Counted from the first letter of the stretch, positions 25,432 through 48,463 are shown. The stretch: 64,000 nucleotides of DNA from Chrysomallon squamiferum (GCA_012295275.1 CM022666.1:4216001-4280000), one strand, 5' to 3'. Notes: a model not told the origin generated them from the sequence alone. Program-made: numbers and translations.

Positions 25432-26009
25432 TTAAAATAAATAAAAAAAAAAAAAAAAAAATGTATTACAGTTAATCGCCACAGAGTCACAGAGTAAGTT
25501 TTGAGCGTTCGTTTAACGTGACATCTGCACGACGTTATTGACGTTCACGTCGCGAATGCTGCAGTGATATTGATATTACACGATGGTCACGGGTATTAAG
25601 AAAATGTGTGGGTATTACGGCCCACCCACGTGGAAAAGTTTATTGATTGTGTTCCTTGAATCAACGCCCTTCTGCGACAAAGTGAGGATTATCAGCTAAA
25701 CCCAGGAAACTGTTCCGTGCAGAGCTCGTTTTGTAAAAGTACAAGGGTAGAAAACAATAGTGTTTTATGTAGTCGTACGTATGTACATCCTATTATAATT
25801 TATATATCGTTGTGTGCGTGCGTGCGTGTGTAAGTGTGTATATATATATATATATATTATGATTGCTAGCTAGCTAGATAGACAGACAGATATAGATAGA
25901 TGCATAGATAGATAGATAAAATATACAGAGAATGTGAAAGTCAGAGAGATAGATAGATAGATAGATACAGAAACAAATACAGAGAGACAGATACAGAGAC
26001 AGAGATGGT

Positions 26010-26145
<136 letters not shown>

Positions 26146-26442
26146 TAAAGATTAAACGTAAGAACATCAGGGAAATATTTTGATAATGTGTTCTAGATGA
26201 CCAGTAGCCAAACTACGAAAACTCCATTTATATTTTGAATTTTAATTCCTTTGAAAATGCAATTATTTCAAAATCCAACAAATATTATTATTTATGTCAC
26301 AATTCACGTAACTAACCGAAAAACGACGAACAATATCGAAGCGTAAAAAACAATCACGTGAAACTGATCTGCAAATGACTGCCGAGCGTTAACTGACATC
26401 TTAATGTTTGCATGGATTTCGTGTAGCGACACTTTTTTCCCC

Positions 26443-26481
<39 letters not shown>

Positions 26482-27100
26482 ACTCTTCTTGATTTACATC
26501 GTCTGAAGATCCCAACGTCTCCAGAACCCCGCCGTGCACGACGTTTGTGAGTCGACGTTTCTCGCGGTCCGTAATCCCGACTGTACTTGACGGCCGGGAA
26601 CGGCGGAACCCGAGACTTGACGAAAGTGGGGAGTCTCGCTTCGTCGTCACAGTCGTGTTTTTATCCTGATTTATTGCGATCGGCCAAACCTTTCACCCGA
26701 CTCGGGTCGCTTCGGTGCAATTTGTTGCAGCCGAGATTTCGTCGTCTGATACTGGCCGGTTCTCGCCACCCTAGTGAAATGTACCTCGCTGAAGGATTAA
26801 TTTGATGGGTCGTATAATATTCATTCACTGGGGGCTGCTGGGCTCTGCATTTTCACGTATCGCGACATTAACTTCAGCCTGGTGAATAATGACGTTTGGC
26901 TAGCAGTCAAACGTCTGCCTCAAGTTCGCTTGTTGTGGGACATAAACCGACCGCTCTTTGTGTATCGCCGAGTCTGATTAATTGTCGTTAACATGTATAT
27001 GTGTGTGTGTGTGTGTATGTATCGATGTTTGTGTGTGCGTGTGTACGTATGTGTTTTTTATGTATGTATGTGTGTGTGTGTGTGTGTGTGTATGTATATA

Positions 27101-27133
<33 letters not shown>

Positions 27134-27629
27134 ATCTGTATGTATATATCTATATATGTATTTTAGGAATTGAATATCTATATGCATGTGTGTGTATGTA
27201 TGTGAGTATTGTGTATGTCCGTGTGTGTAGGTATATATGTATGTGCGTGTCTATTTGTGTATATGTTTGCATGTGTATGTAATTCGAAATAGTGCATACC
27301 ATAAAAGATAGGGCAACTACACACACACACACACACACACAGACACATATTTTCTACCACAAACTTTACTTTCTATTTTCTTATTTAAATCATTGACACA
27401 TTCGTTCGTTTTATATTTTTATTTTTGCTTGTTTATTTATTGGTTCGTTCTTAATTAATTAAATATTTTATTTCTTTATTTATCAATTATTTTTAATTTT
27501 ATATTTTCATAAATATAGTAATGTAATATATTTATATATTTATTTCTTTGGATGACTAAGTTCTTATCACAGAAAGAGGAATAAAATCAGAAAACAAGTT
27601 TTGGAACTTTATGATTTCAAGTAAATATA

Positions 27630-27651
27630 CATGTATGTGTATATGTGTATG

Positions 27652-27685
<34 letters not shown>

Positions 27686-27842
27686 TGTATGTATGTATGT
27701 ATGTATGTATGTTTGTGTATGTATGTGTGTATGTTTATGTATGCATGTATGTATGTATGTATATATATGTGTATGTATGTGTGTATGTATATATGTATGT
27801 ATGTATGTTTGTGTATGTATGTATGTATGTATATATGTATGT
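27630..27842. repeat. (TATG)n / (TG)n compound microsatellite
   Basis: Imperfect TATG array; a related tract lies at 26995-27280. Confidence 0.9.
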
Positions 27843-28876
27843 GAATATGAACGGGTATACACTAGTATGCATTACATTAGTAAGTAGAAATGTACTAATA
27901 CATACAAACAAACAGAAAGTATAATAATTAAAAAATAATAACACAAATAAAATAGAATAAAATATATATATTTTTTTTATAAAAATAAATAAATAAATAA
28001 AAAATAATTTAAAAAAAACGACAAGAAATAAATATAAACAAACAAACAAACAAACAAATAATAAAACTAGTTCACAAAAAAAATAAAAAAAATAAAAAAA
28101 TAAAAGTAAAGAGATACAAATTGTTCTTGCTTGATATATTTATTTCGACTAGCATATACTCATAAATTAAACCAAGCGAAACAAATCATCTTTGACGATT
28201 CAAATCACAGGCATCAAAAGTTGAAAACAAAATGGAATACACTTTATATGATTATACAAGGTTATTAAGAAATCTATGTACACATTAAAAAAAGAAGAAA
28301 AAAAAAAGAATTATATATATAATCGAAACTGTTTCTTAATATTCAGTTTGTCCGCGATTGTCTTAGAGGGTGGGTAGTTGGGGGGGGGGCATCGATACGT
28401 TTTTCACAAAAACAACGAAAGCTCCATTTTGTGTTGTTGAGTGAGTTCTTGTTTTCATCGTCATCATCATTATAATAATAACTATAATATAATAACAGTA
28501 ATGATGGTGATGATGATGATGATAAAAATAATAATCATCGTCATTATAATAATAATAATAAAGATAATAATAATAATAATAATAATAATTATAATATTTA
28601 CAAAATATGGAATGATTTTGACTTACAGACACTCGGTATCAGGAATTTTGTATCAAAACTTATCGTCTGATATATGTACAACACTATAATAATAATAATA
28701 ATCTTTTCTTACTGTTTTACTTGTTTCATCAAATCGTATAACACTTGAAAGAACCTCAAACACTTTTAGTAAAACTCTTTCTGTTTCAGCATACGTCATT
28801 TAATAATAATAATAATAATAATTATTATTTAAAAAATAATAAAATAAAAATAAAATAAAAAAATCAAACATGGCGG

Positions 28877-36166
<7,290 letters not shown>

Positions 36167-36499
36167 TGTTCAACTGATACAACTCAACAGCAGGACAGCG
36201 TAACGGAAAACAGGCGAACCGTGAAGATTTTCACACTCGAATAACTTCAATTCTTTTTTTTAAATTCTTCTTGTCTTTTTTCCACAGGTAAACTTTAACA
36301 AATCTTCTTCTTCTTCTTCTTCTTTTTTTTTAAAAACTTTTTAAAAATATATATAAATAATTAAATAAAATAAAATAAATAAATAATATTTTAAAAATTT
36401 TAGCCCCTACACGTCCAAACCAATTCCAGTCTGGAGAGCAACACCTAGCTTTCTAAAACAAACTTTTACAAACTGTCAATTTCATACTGCGGAAATAAT

Positions 36500-36610
36500 G
36501 TCACCCGTGCAATATTGATTGCACGGTGGGCGGAGCTAACGTAAACGTCACGTGTCTGAAGATCGTCGCGGATTGGTTGATGGGTTTTTCTCTATGGCGT
36601 GATATAAAAG
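36500..36610. promoter_or_regulatory. Proximal promoter cluster upstream of the zinc-finger gene
   Basis: Inverted repeat CCGTGCAAT-N4-ATTGCACGG (36505-36526), GC box GGGCGGAG (36528-36535), ACGTCACGTG CRE/E-box (36545-36554), CCAAT box as GATTGG (36571-36576) and TATAAAA (36603-36609, plus strand), ~340 bp upstream of the predicted ATG. Confidence 0.65.
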
Positions 36611-36659
36611 TTAAAGGTGACGAATTATAGCCTTCGAGAACACTGTTGTAAAACTAATA

Positions 36660-37220
36660 GTAATGATGATGATATTAATGATGATGATATTAATGATGAT
36701 GATGCTGCTGCCGTTGATGATAACGAAGATGATGATAGTGATGATTATGATAAAGGAAATAATAATAATAATGATGATGATGATGATGATAATGATGATA
36801 CTTTTAATAATCATAATAATAATAATAGTAATAACAATAATCGTGGTGGTAATTGTAATAATAATTATGACGATGATGATGATGATTATGAGAATGATTA
36901 ATGCAGTAATGGAAATAATAATAATGATGATGATGATGATGATACTATTAATAATAACAACCAGTACTATAATAATGATGATAATTGTAATAATAATAAG
37001 AATAAGAATAATAATAATAACAACAATGATGATGATAATGGTGATGATAATGATAATAGTAAAAATAATAGTAATAATGATGATGATGATGATGATACTT
37101 TTTATAATAATAATAGTAATAACAATAATGATGACGGTGATGATGGTAACTGTAATAATAATAAAAATAATAATAATAACTGACATCACCATCACCATCA
37201 TCATCATCATCATCATCATC
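36660..37220. repeat. Degenerate (GAT/AAT)n trinucleotide tract
   Basis: Mixed GAT/AAT triplets; the source of spurious poly-I/M/N/D ORFs. Confidence 0.9.
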
Positions 37221-37364
37221 TTTTTTATCATACTGGCGGACAAAAAGGTAAATTTCAGTAAATTTCATTTTATTTTATTTTATTTATTTCTATAGACACA
37301 AAAAAGCATTTTAATTATTTATAAACAATTTTGACAACAGTAATATACTTTTAACAACGACATC

Positions 37365-37475
<111 letters not shown>

Positions 37476-38212
37476 TATTATTTAAATATATAACATGATT
37501 TACAGCTTCGTTGGTTTTGGTGAATATTTTATGTAGAAATTAATGCTACGTAATGCTTGTTTATTTAGAAACCAATAAAACGACTGGAATGAAAAGAAAA
37601 TACTGAAGAGATTTCGTGTTGGAATGTGTATACAGATAGAGACCAAAATAGTGGCTTGTTTTTATTTTGTTTTGTTTCAGTTTAATTTTATTTTGTTTTG
37701 TTTTATTTTATTTTATTTTATTTTATTTTATTTTATTTTATTTTAATTTATTTTATTCTTATTTAATTTAATATTTATTTATTATTTTTATTTTATTTTA
37801 TTTCATTTTATTTCATTTCATTTTATCACTTTATTTATTTATAGTTTTTGTGTTATAGTTTTATTTGTATCACTATCATTGTTTTTGTTGTAATTCATTT
37901 ATTTATTTTTTTGCATAAGAACATTTTTTTCCCCCACAAAACTAATGTTATATTTTGTTTTATTTATTCACATACATTCCTTTCCTTTAAATATTTGTTA
38001 ATGTTTTTTTAATTACTTTCATTTATTTATATTATATTTGTGGGTTTTTTTACTTTTGACGGAAATGAATAAAGACTGATAACATTTTCTGTCATTGTCA
38101 AATAGATTTTTAAATATTTGGATATTCTGATATAAGATTATTATCACTACTTTAATGTCGTCTTCTTTTTCGCTTTCTTCAAAACTGTACTAATATTTGG
38201 TTTATTTTATTA

Positions 38213-38250
<38 letters not shown>

Positions 38251-38846
38251 GTAGTAGTAGTAGTAGTAGTATTATCATCATCACAACCAACGTCATCCTT
38301 ATCATTATTATCATTATTATTATTTTTATTATTATTACAATTACTATTACTACAATTATTGTTACTATTGCTCTTGTTGCATTTATTTAAACGATACAGT
38401 GAAAAAAAAAAAAAAACGAAAAAACAATGTTTCAGTTTTCCATCTTCTTGCATTTAAAATCATTAACATATTAGCTATCCATATACTGGCTTACGTATGC
38501 CTGTGTTTGTGTGCATTTTACATCTGTGTGTGTGTTCGAGTGATTAATGGCTGTATTTATTATTTTTGTTTGTGTGTGTATGTATGTTTGATATAGGGCT
38601 CACTATTATAAAACCTATTTTGTTTATTTCATTTTATGCGTATATAAAATGATGTCAAGTATAATGTTCTGTATTCATTATATTATTAAGACATCAAATT
38701 ATTATATCGGGTAAAAAAATAAAAATAAAAAATAAAAAGAAGAAGAAGAAGAAAAAATAATTAGTCAAAATAATCAATCATTTATCTTCTATAACAAGAA
38801 CACAATTTTAAATTTGATCATTTAACGCAAATTCTTCCTCACCTCA

Positions 38847-38908
<62 letters not shown>

Positions 38909-39355
38909 AAACACATAAAACACGAAAATACATCAGCATTGTTTATCGGAATATTTTAACACCAGCAAACTTTCACGAACAAACTAAAAATTAAAATAAA
39001 AAAAAAAAAAAAAATTACGGGGGAGAGAAGAATTTAGTGGAAATGCCCGTGCAATCCGATATTCTGTCATTGTTTGTTTCTCAGTGGGGCGGTTAATCGC
39101 CTAACGATTGAATTAAACCAAGACCATAACACTGTGTGTCGCTTGTCAAAGATGCTGTCGGATAATAGTCCGCTTATCCTCTCACGGGCCGCCCGGTTTC
39201 ACATTGGGACTGACTTTTACAGTTGTTTAATTATGTGCCGGTCCGCCCCGCAGTGAAAATTTGAGGCTCGGATCGCCGATAATCTTAAACAATGAGACGG
39301 AACTTAAAGTGGTATCGCCAAGTATCTGCAACGTCGCGGGCGAGTCTGCGTCGTG

Positions 39356-39372
39356 ACACCAGAGGGCAGCAC
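39356..39372 (+). promoter_or_regulatory. CTCF-like motif
   Basis: ACACCAGAGGGCAGCAC compared with the consensus CCASYAGRKGGCRSY, at the edge of a CpG-rich island. Confidence 0.5.
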
Positions 39373-39503
39373 CAGTACTTTGGATGACCTCCCCTTTTCC
39401 TCCTCCTTTCTCCCGTAGTGATGAAGCGTAGACTTGCTAGATATTTGATTGTTATTATTATTACTATTGTTATTATTATTACTATTGTTATTATTTATTG
39501 TTA

Positions 39504-39540
<37 letters not shown>

Positions 39541-40147
39541 TTGTTATTATTTATTATTATATTGTTGTTGATATTATTATTTTTATTAATTATATTTATT
39601 TATTATTTATTATTATTATTATATTGTTGTTGTTATTATTATTTTTATTATTATTATTTATTATTATTATTATTATTGTTATTATTTATTATTATATTGT
39701 TGTTGTTATTATTTTTATTACTTATTTATTTATTATTTATTATTATTATATTGTTGTTGTTGTTATTATTATTATTTTTATTATTTATTTATTATTATTT
39801 ATTATTATTATTATTACTGTTGTTATTATTATTATCATCATCGTTAGTCTGAACAATATTTTATTATCAATAATACGATCGTTGTTAATATTATTTATTT
39901 ATTTATTTATTTATATATTTATTTAGTAGCAGTAGTTGTAGCATTAGTATTGATGCTGTCGATACCACTGCTGCTGTTGCTGTTATCATTGTTAATGTCA
40001 TCGTTATTGTTATTGATGTAGTAGCTGTTGCATTGTTGTTATTATCATTATTGCTATTCATGTAACTGTCCAAGAGAACTGGAGAAAGAAATAAAGTAAA
40101 ATTATTTTTATTTTCCAAAAAAAAAAAAAGTTATTGCGTGCATACAT

Positions 40148-40194
<47 letters not shown>

Positions 40195-40390
40195 TACATA
40201 CATTCATACATACATTCATACATACATATACATGTGTGTGTGTGTGTAGATAGATGGATGGATGGATAGATACATAGTTGGATATATATATGTTTATATA
40301 GATAGATAGATAGACAGACAGACAGATAGATAGATAGATAGATAGATAGATGGATGGATAGATACATATTTGGATATATGTATGTTTATA

Positions 40391-40422
<32 letters not shown>

Positions 40423-40498
40423 TAGATAGATAGACAAACAGATAGATAGATAGCTAGATAGATAGACAGATAGATAGACTTACAGATAGATAGATAGC

Positions 40499-40531
<33 letters not shown>

Positions 40532-41579
40532 GCAGTGGTTTGTTTTTCTCCGCGGACTAGAAGAAAGTCTATTCCAGCCTAGCACTGCGGTGCACTGGGA
40601 GATGTACCCGCAAACACTTCACTAATAATAGTAATTCTACATGGCATTAGCCTCACACTAAACATTATCTGATTGCCACCCTCCCTCCCCTTTGTCAGTC
40701 CTGCCAGATATCATCCCAACCCGTGCACGAAGATACCCCGGGGGCAGGCAACAATATGTGAATTAAAACTACGTGATTTAGTGGGGAGGATTTCGGACGA
40801 CGCCCCTTTTTGTTTTAACAGCTGCTTCGGGCGTTACCTTTCGATATTCATATTGTCCGCCATTTGCAAAATCACGAGCAGTTTTGAGAACAGCAGTTTA
40901 GAGGTGAAATTTTAATTGGTGTGCGGAACGGTTTTGTAAATAGAGTGGGTTTTCCACTGGTGGTATTTTTTAGTCTTTTTGTAATTTAATTATAATTTTA
41001 TTATTTGATTGATTAAATAACTAGCTGAAATAATTTCTTCGTTTATTTAGTTACATACTCAAATACTACTTGCTTACTTACTTACTTACTTACGTACTTA
41101 TTTACTTACTTACTTACTTACCTATTTACTTCCATACTTAGTTATCTAACTTCAACCTTTATTATCTCTTTACGTTTTTTTTTTTTTTTTTTTTTTTTTT
41201 TTCAAATTTTTCAGTTTTATTTTATCTTGTTTTATTAATTCTTAACTACATTTCATTAATTCGTTTTGTTTTGTTTTGTTTTATTTTATTATTAACCTCA
41301 TATTATTTTATCTTATCCACCTGTTTTGTTTCATTTTAATTTGTTTTATTTTATTTTATCAGTTTATTTACTTTCATTATTATTAAATATTATTATTAAA
41401 TAAATAAACAGTGTAAACAAATGAAGACATCTTAATAAACAGCAAAATAAAAATAAATAAAAACTGTGAATTACGAATAAATGTTTTATCTTTGTTTCGT
41501 CTGCGTTTTTTCTAAAAAAAAAATTAAATTTAAATACCAGTTACTACTACTACTACTACTAAATAATAATAATAATAAT

Positions 41580-41616
<37 letters not shown>

Positions 41617-41674
41617 TAATAATAATAATAATAAATAATAATTACAACAACAGCCAAGACAACAATAACAATAA

Positions 41675-41709
<35 letters not shown>

Positions 41710-42298
41710 ATACAATGCTGCAATTAAAAATATTTTTTTAAATCTCGACAGTTTTCCATGTTCTATCTAGTGTAATTTTTGCTGCCTCTGGAAAGGTGAT
41801 GTAAAATATCTCTTACAGCTAATTCGGGTTTCTTCTCTGATAGCCGTAGTAAAATAACTGCCGTGTCACCCAATCTAAATTTAACATCTAAATTTCGTAA
41901 ATATTCGCCCAGTATATCATTCATTCACCTCTTGAATGTTGTATTATTATTCACGAAAGTTTACTTCATATTCTTATATACTTATGTACGTACATATAAA
42001 TACATACATATCTACATACATACTCATACAGATACATACATATATATGTACATACAACACACACTCATACACACGTAAACGCAATATGTATATACACACA
42101 CAGACATATACAGTCACGAACATACATATTAATATGTACAACTCGTACATCTGTATATTTTTTTTTTTTTTTTTTTTTTTTTTACACGTATAAAAAATAC
42201 GAAATACATTTTTAGTAAAAAGTCAATCATTTCTATAATAAAACATGCAGGTATATTATAAATAGATTATAAAGGATATACATGTGTGTGTGTATGTG

Positions 42299-42356
<58 letters not shown>

Positions 42357-43792
42357 ATGGCTGGCTTTATATGTAAGTGCGTATGCATTTGGCAAGTGTC
42401 AGAAGATGTATGTATGTAATTATATGAGCGAGTGTGTGTATGTGTTACCTTTACTTTTAATATTAGTAGTAATAATAGCAGCAACAGTAATAATGGTAGT
42501 GATAATATTTGTAACAGTGGTGGTAACAAGTAATAGCAGTAATAGTAACAGTAGCAGTACTAGTAATAGTAGTAGTAATAACAGTTGTAGTAGCAGCAGT
42601 GGTAACAGCAGTAGCAGCGGTGGCAACAGACAAATAAAAGTATATGACAGCAAATAAACAAACAAGCAAAGGAAATATTTTAATTTGTCCCGCAGAAACA
42701 ACACGAATATAAAACACCGTTGAAAACTAAACACCGGGGACTATATAACGGTGCAGTTTTCGCCCGGTCGCTTAACGATAAATTTGTTCAAGGGCTTTGC
42801 ATAACACGCCTCGCAGTCCGCACTAATCAAAGGCGATGTTTTTCGCTCTTTCCTCCTTTGTTTTTTTTTTTTTTTTAACTATCTCCTCAACAAAAGTTCC
42901 GAAAAGGTTTTAACGCGCCACCAAACGTTCGAGCCGTCAATCAGAAAAAATAAAATGACCAGATATAAACGAGGGTTAAACGGTTTCAATAAAAACTCTC
43001 CTTTATTGGCCGCCATAGTCTCGATTAATGCGGCCGGGACGAAACCTCGACGCAGCACGTGCAATAAAAAACTGCTTGGTTGTCGACTACTTCACAGGTA
43101 AGAGCGGGCTTTATTGCCGTCTGCTTGCCAAAAATGGCGCCGCGAACGGCAGAGTGACACAGAGGCACATTAAATGCAGGATTACCGTTCGGAATGCAGT
43201 GTTCGTCAGAAGCTGAAACGAATGTAAAAGGTTAATCAAAGATTTCCGTATTTCGATTAGTTGTTACGTCACGTTGAGATGATAATAATTTTTGTTTTAA
43301 AAAAAAAAATTCCTTGGCATTTCGTAATCGGTTTAAGGGAGATGGTTTGTTTGATTATCACATTTTAATACCGGAGTCGTTATTAAGGTGCTGGGTCGCC
43401 TTTTTGAAAAGGAATTATCAAAATGTTTGATCACTGCAGAACACAAATTCCGTTAAATTGCGTCATTTTTGGACGATTAACAATTTTATACAAATACATA
43501 AGAGAAAAACAGGAAAAGACATGGAGAGTTACTGGATTCCAGAATCAGTTCTCCTTCGTTCATTTATTCAGCACCAATTTTTATTTTTTTGTTTATAAAA
43601 ACCCCAGTACTTTCCTGTTTATGGGAAGTTTTGTATCACATATTTTTTGCTGCTTAATTTGGCGACTTCGAGTTTCATTTCACATATACTGACATCTTGT
43701 AATTTACAAATAATTATGTTTGAATCCTGACACCAGTTTAAATTAAATTTGCATTCATATAGAACTTACATCTTTCACCTATACGCAACGAG

Positions 43793-43823
<31 letters not shown>

Positions 43824-44006
43824 AAAAAAAAAAAAATGTAAAATGCTTTCAGTTATGTCCTAGCATAGTATACTGTTATGAAATACTTTGTGAAGCAGAA
43901 AAAAGTTTTAATATACATATATCTGTGTGTGTATATCTATATCTATATATACTATGCATACATTATCTATATCTATATATATATGATAGACAGACTATAT
44001 AAATGT

Positions 44007-44158
<152 letters not shown>

Positions 44159-44805
44159 TGGTCTACATATTTATCTTTGTTTAGGCGCTGGTTCTAAGAC
44201 GCGATCCTGCTATCCACATATTTCAGGTCGACATTTTACCCGCAACGTCATAGAATGAGTCAAACTGAAAATACGTCAGAACTAAACTATTTATAGCTGA
44301 TTTTTTTTTTTATGACGTAACGCATATGTAACCAGATACCTTGACAACCTTTACTATCCTACTGTATTGACACTATTAATTGCCGTCTTTTATTTTCAAC
44401 CATTTTCTAACGTTAAAGTCTTCGATTTACTATCTGTATATGCTTTTTTTTTTTTTATTTGATATAATGGCTTATTTGTTTTAATTTATTTTCGTTTTAT
44501 TTCATACTGGCTACATCCTGACAAATGAACAATCAGGTACAGCCAGTCCCAAGATAAATTATAAGACTGAAATTTAAACAGACGAACACACCCCAATTAA
44601 AACGACGTAAAGGACTTTGCGTCTTTGGAACGCAGGAGAAAAAAAAAGACTTTCAGAATGTCTCCGTCGTTTGTTGCCGTTTAAACCGAACGTTCAGTTC
44701 TGCGGGATAACGCAAGCCGTCGTTAAGTCGTTTATGGAGATACAACGAAAACGTCGACGAAATCTGGTGACTGACATTTAACGTCGACGTTCGAGTGACG
44801 TGACA

Positions 44806-44950
44806 TTTATGTGACAGCTGTGATGACTGGTTTCGTACGTATTGTTACGTTCAAACGTTTTTATGTGACAGTTGTGATGATTGGTTCATGCGTCTTATTG
44901 TGTACACAGTTTTTTTATGTGACAATCCTGTTGATTGGTTCGCGCATTAT
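44806..44950. repeat. Three 54-bp-spaced copies of a TTTATGTGACA..TGATTGGTT motif
   Basis: Copies start at 44806, 44860 and 44914, each with a conserved ~28-nt core and a more diverged remainder. Confidence 0.8.
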
Positions 44951-45544
44951 TAGCAGTATATGATACGATATGTTACAGGATCAATCCTTCAGAATGCATA
45001 CATTGATTTTTTTTCCTATTCTAAACTGAGCTCCATTGATATGGTTTATAACAGGCGCCATAACTGGTCTATTTTTCGTTCCAGCCAACGATTTATGTTT
45101 TTTTTTTCAAAGGTCTATGTTTTTTTTCTTTTCCTTTCTAAGGGAAGGTGTATATTCACGATTTACTACTGCTAATAATGGTAAAAAAAAAAAAAAAAAA
45201 GCTGCTTGTTTAAAAACAGCGAATTTCCTCTAACACAAATGTTAACGAAAGTACTGTAATTATTTTTGTAATTAACAATAGTATTATAACATTTTCTGTT
45301 TGTCTGTCTATCTGTTTATCACTTCATCTATCCATCTGTCTATCTCTTAGTTTGAGAAATCATTGTTAGACACTGCTTGTAGATCAATCAATATAAAAAT
45401 GTTAATGAATGTAAAAAAATTTTTTTGTTTTGTTTGTTTTAATTAAAAATACAACAAAATTATATTTTTTCTACGTCGTCTGAAAAAGCAAAAGTAAAGA
45501 CAGAAAAAAACGAAATATATACAGTTCTTAAATACTACTACTAT

Positions 45545-45592
<48 letters not shown>

Positions 45593-45725
45593 AACTACTA
45601 CTACTACTACTACTACTAAATAAATAAATAAATAAATTAATTAAATAGTTGACTTTGATTTTTAATAAATAAATAAAGAATAAAATAAATAAATAAATAA
45701 ATGAATAAATAAATAAAGAATATAA

Positions 45726-45760
<35 letters not shown>

Positions 45761-45765
45761 AAGAA

Positions 45766-45800
<35 letters not shown>

Positions 45801-46103
45801 AGAATATAATAAATAAATAAATAAATGAATAAATAAATAAATATATAAATAAATATAATAATAAATAAATAAATAAATAAAAATAGAAAATAAATTTTAA
45901 AAAATGTTAAAAAATAAAATAAATTGACGCGACGGCTAACAACAGTTTTCCAATAACACGTGACTGTCTTTTCACTCCGCTGAAAGCCGACCATGGTTCC
46001 ACAATTAGCCTCGCCAATGCTTCGTTGGCATTCGGGAAATTACGCCATTGTTCGGAGCCGTCAAAAACACTATGCCTTTACGCCGCTTTCACGTGCGTTA
46101 TCG

Positions 46104-46143
<40 letters not shown>

Positions 46144-46751
46144 TGCCGTTTAATAAATGACTGTTGCACAATCAGAGATATTAATCGCTCTTATTATCAT
46201 CGTTGGGCAAATTATCACTTTATCACTAATAATAATAACCAAATCCTAACGGAAGGTGAATTTATCTTTTTTCTTTCTGTTTTTCTTAGCGTACACTGAT
46301 AAGGCTGTTTTGACGAATGGCAAAAAAGGGGAAACTTCGCTTGATGCTATAAGCAACGAAACTTAATTACTCACGAGGTGGAAATATTAATAATTATCGA
46401 ATTGGACAACCCACCGAGAAGTGAATTATTGACAGCGATTATGTGAAGCAATCGGCATTCATACTGTTACAGAAACATTACCGTGCAAAAACACGGCAAA
46501 CGCAACGCACGTTTTAAACCGTCTACTCAGCTTCCCGAGCCTGACGGAGTCATTGTTTTCATTTTCCTTTATTTTTCATTCAGAACGATTCTGTTTTCCT
46601 TCCTGTGGAAAATGTTCGGCGTACGTGCACCTAATTTTAAATAAACTGAAGATAATTTAGATTAATGTGGAGCTGATTAAAAATAATATTCGCGTCTCGC
46701 CGGGTAACGTAACGAGTATCTGAACCTTACATCTGTACACTGATTACAGTA

Positions 46752-46752
46752 C

Positions 46753-46783
<31 letters not shown>

Positions 46784-47034
46784 AACTACTGCTACACCTA
46801 CTACTACTACTACAACTACTACAGCTACTACTACTACTACAACTACAATTACTACTACTACTACTACTACAGCTACTACTACTACTACAACTTCTACTAC
46901 TGCTGCTGCTACTACTACTACTACAAATACAAATACTACTACTACTGCTACTACAGCTACTACTACTACTACAACTACAATTACTACTACAGCTAGTATT
47001 ACTACCACTACTACTGCTGCTACTACTACTACAG

Positions 47035-47065
<31 letters not shown>

Positions 47066-47684
47066 TACTACTACTACTGCTGCTACTACTATTACTACAA
47101 CTACTACTACTACTACTACTACTGCTACTACTACTACTACTACTGCTACAGCTACTACTACTGCTACTACTACTACAACTACTACTACAACTACTACTAC
47201 TACTACTACAACAACAACAACTACTACTACTACTACTACTGCTGCTGCAACTACAACTACAACTACAATTACTACTACTACTATTACTACAACTTCTACT
47301 ACTGCTACTACAGCTACTACTACTGTTATTCCTACTACTACTGCTATTATTAGTACTACTACTACTACTACAACTACTACTACTGCTACTGCTACTACAG
47401 CTACTACTACTGCTACTGCTATTCCTACTACTACTGCTATTATTACTACTACTACTACTACTACTACTATTACTACTGCTACTACTACTATTATTACTAT
47501 TACTACTATTACTACTACTACTACTACTCCTATTCTTACTATTACTATTACTACAATTACTACTATTATTACTATTGCCACTACTACTATTACTACTACT
47601 ACTACTACTACTACAATCATTACTATTACTACTGTTACTACTACAACCATTACTACAACTACTACTACTACATTTACTACTGCT
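46752..47684. repeat. ~930-bp degenerate (CTA)n trinucleotide array
   Basis: CTA/CAA/CTG/TTA triplets held in register; gives spurious poly-Ser/Val/Thr ORFs. Confidence 0.95.
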
Positions 47685-47860
47685 GTCCACGGGTATTTGG
47701 GGCCCACTCTTAACTAATTATTTTCATTATTCCCTTATATAAGATATTCTTTAAAAGTAGTGACGTGTTACTCTTTTTAGAAATTCGTAGATTTTAATAT
47801 TCTGATATCGTGTAGTATTTGTTAACATCCCCCCGATTTTTTTTGATTTTTTTTACAGTA

Positions 47861-47977
<117 letters not shown>

Positions 47978-48429
47978 CGTATCTATATATATGCATACTG
48001 AAACATGCCAACATTTCTTTACATTTGGGGCTCGTTGACAAGTTCAGCCCATGAGTAGGTAAATATCGCCTTCATTACTTCGACAGCAGCTGTAACATGT
48101 AATACTACTACTACTGTTGCTACTGTTATTATTTTTATTACTGTAACAGTAACTACCACTATTTTACTACTACTACTATTACTGCTATTGTCATAATAAA
48201 AATAACAAGAAGAGGAAGCAGTAGAAGATAATGTCGAAGAAAAAACAAATGGAAGAAAGAAAGAAAAGACGTAGAAGGACAATAACAAAAATAAAAACTG
48301 CAGAACGTTTAGTTTATTAATTTTTCAAAACTTTACATGGCTACAAAATATGACGAAATATCTTGAAACTAAAATACGTCTACTTATCAGTGAAGGACGA
48401 TTATGTCTCAAGATTATCTTTAGAGAATA

Positions 48430-48463
<34 letters not shown>

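Noticed and set aside
36611-37295. 210-aa poly-Ile/Met ORFs on both strands
   Set aside because: Trinucleotide low-complexity tract with no coding signal.
44806-44950. Repeat-spacer pattern superficially like a CRISPR array
   Set aside because: Eukaryotic context, only three imperfect repeats, linkers partly similar to each other, and no cas genes.
46677-47707. 337-aa poly-Ser/Cys and 326-aa poly-Val ORFs
   Set aside because: Translation of a degenerate (TAG/CTA)n array; it is open in several frames simply because it is a triplet repeat.
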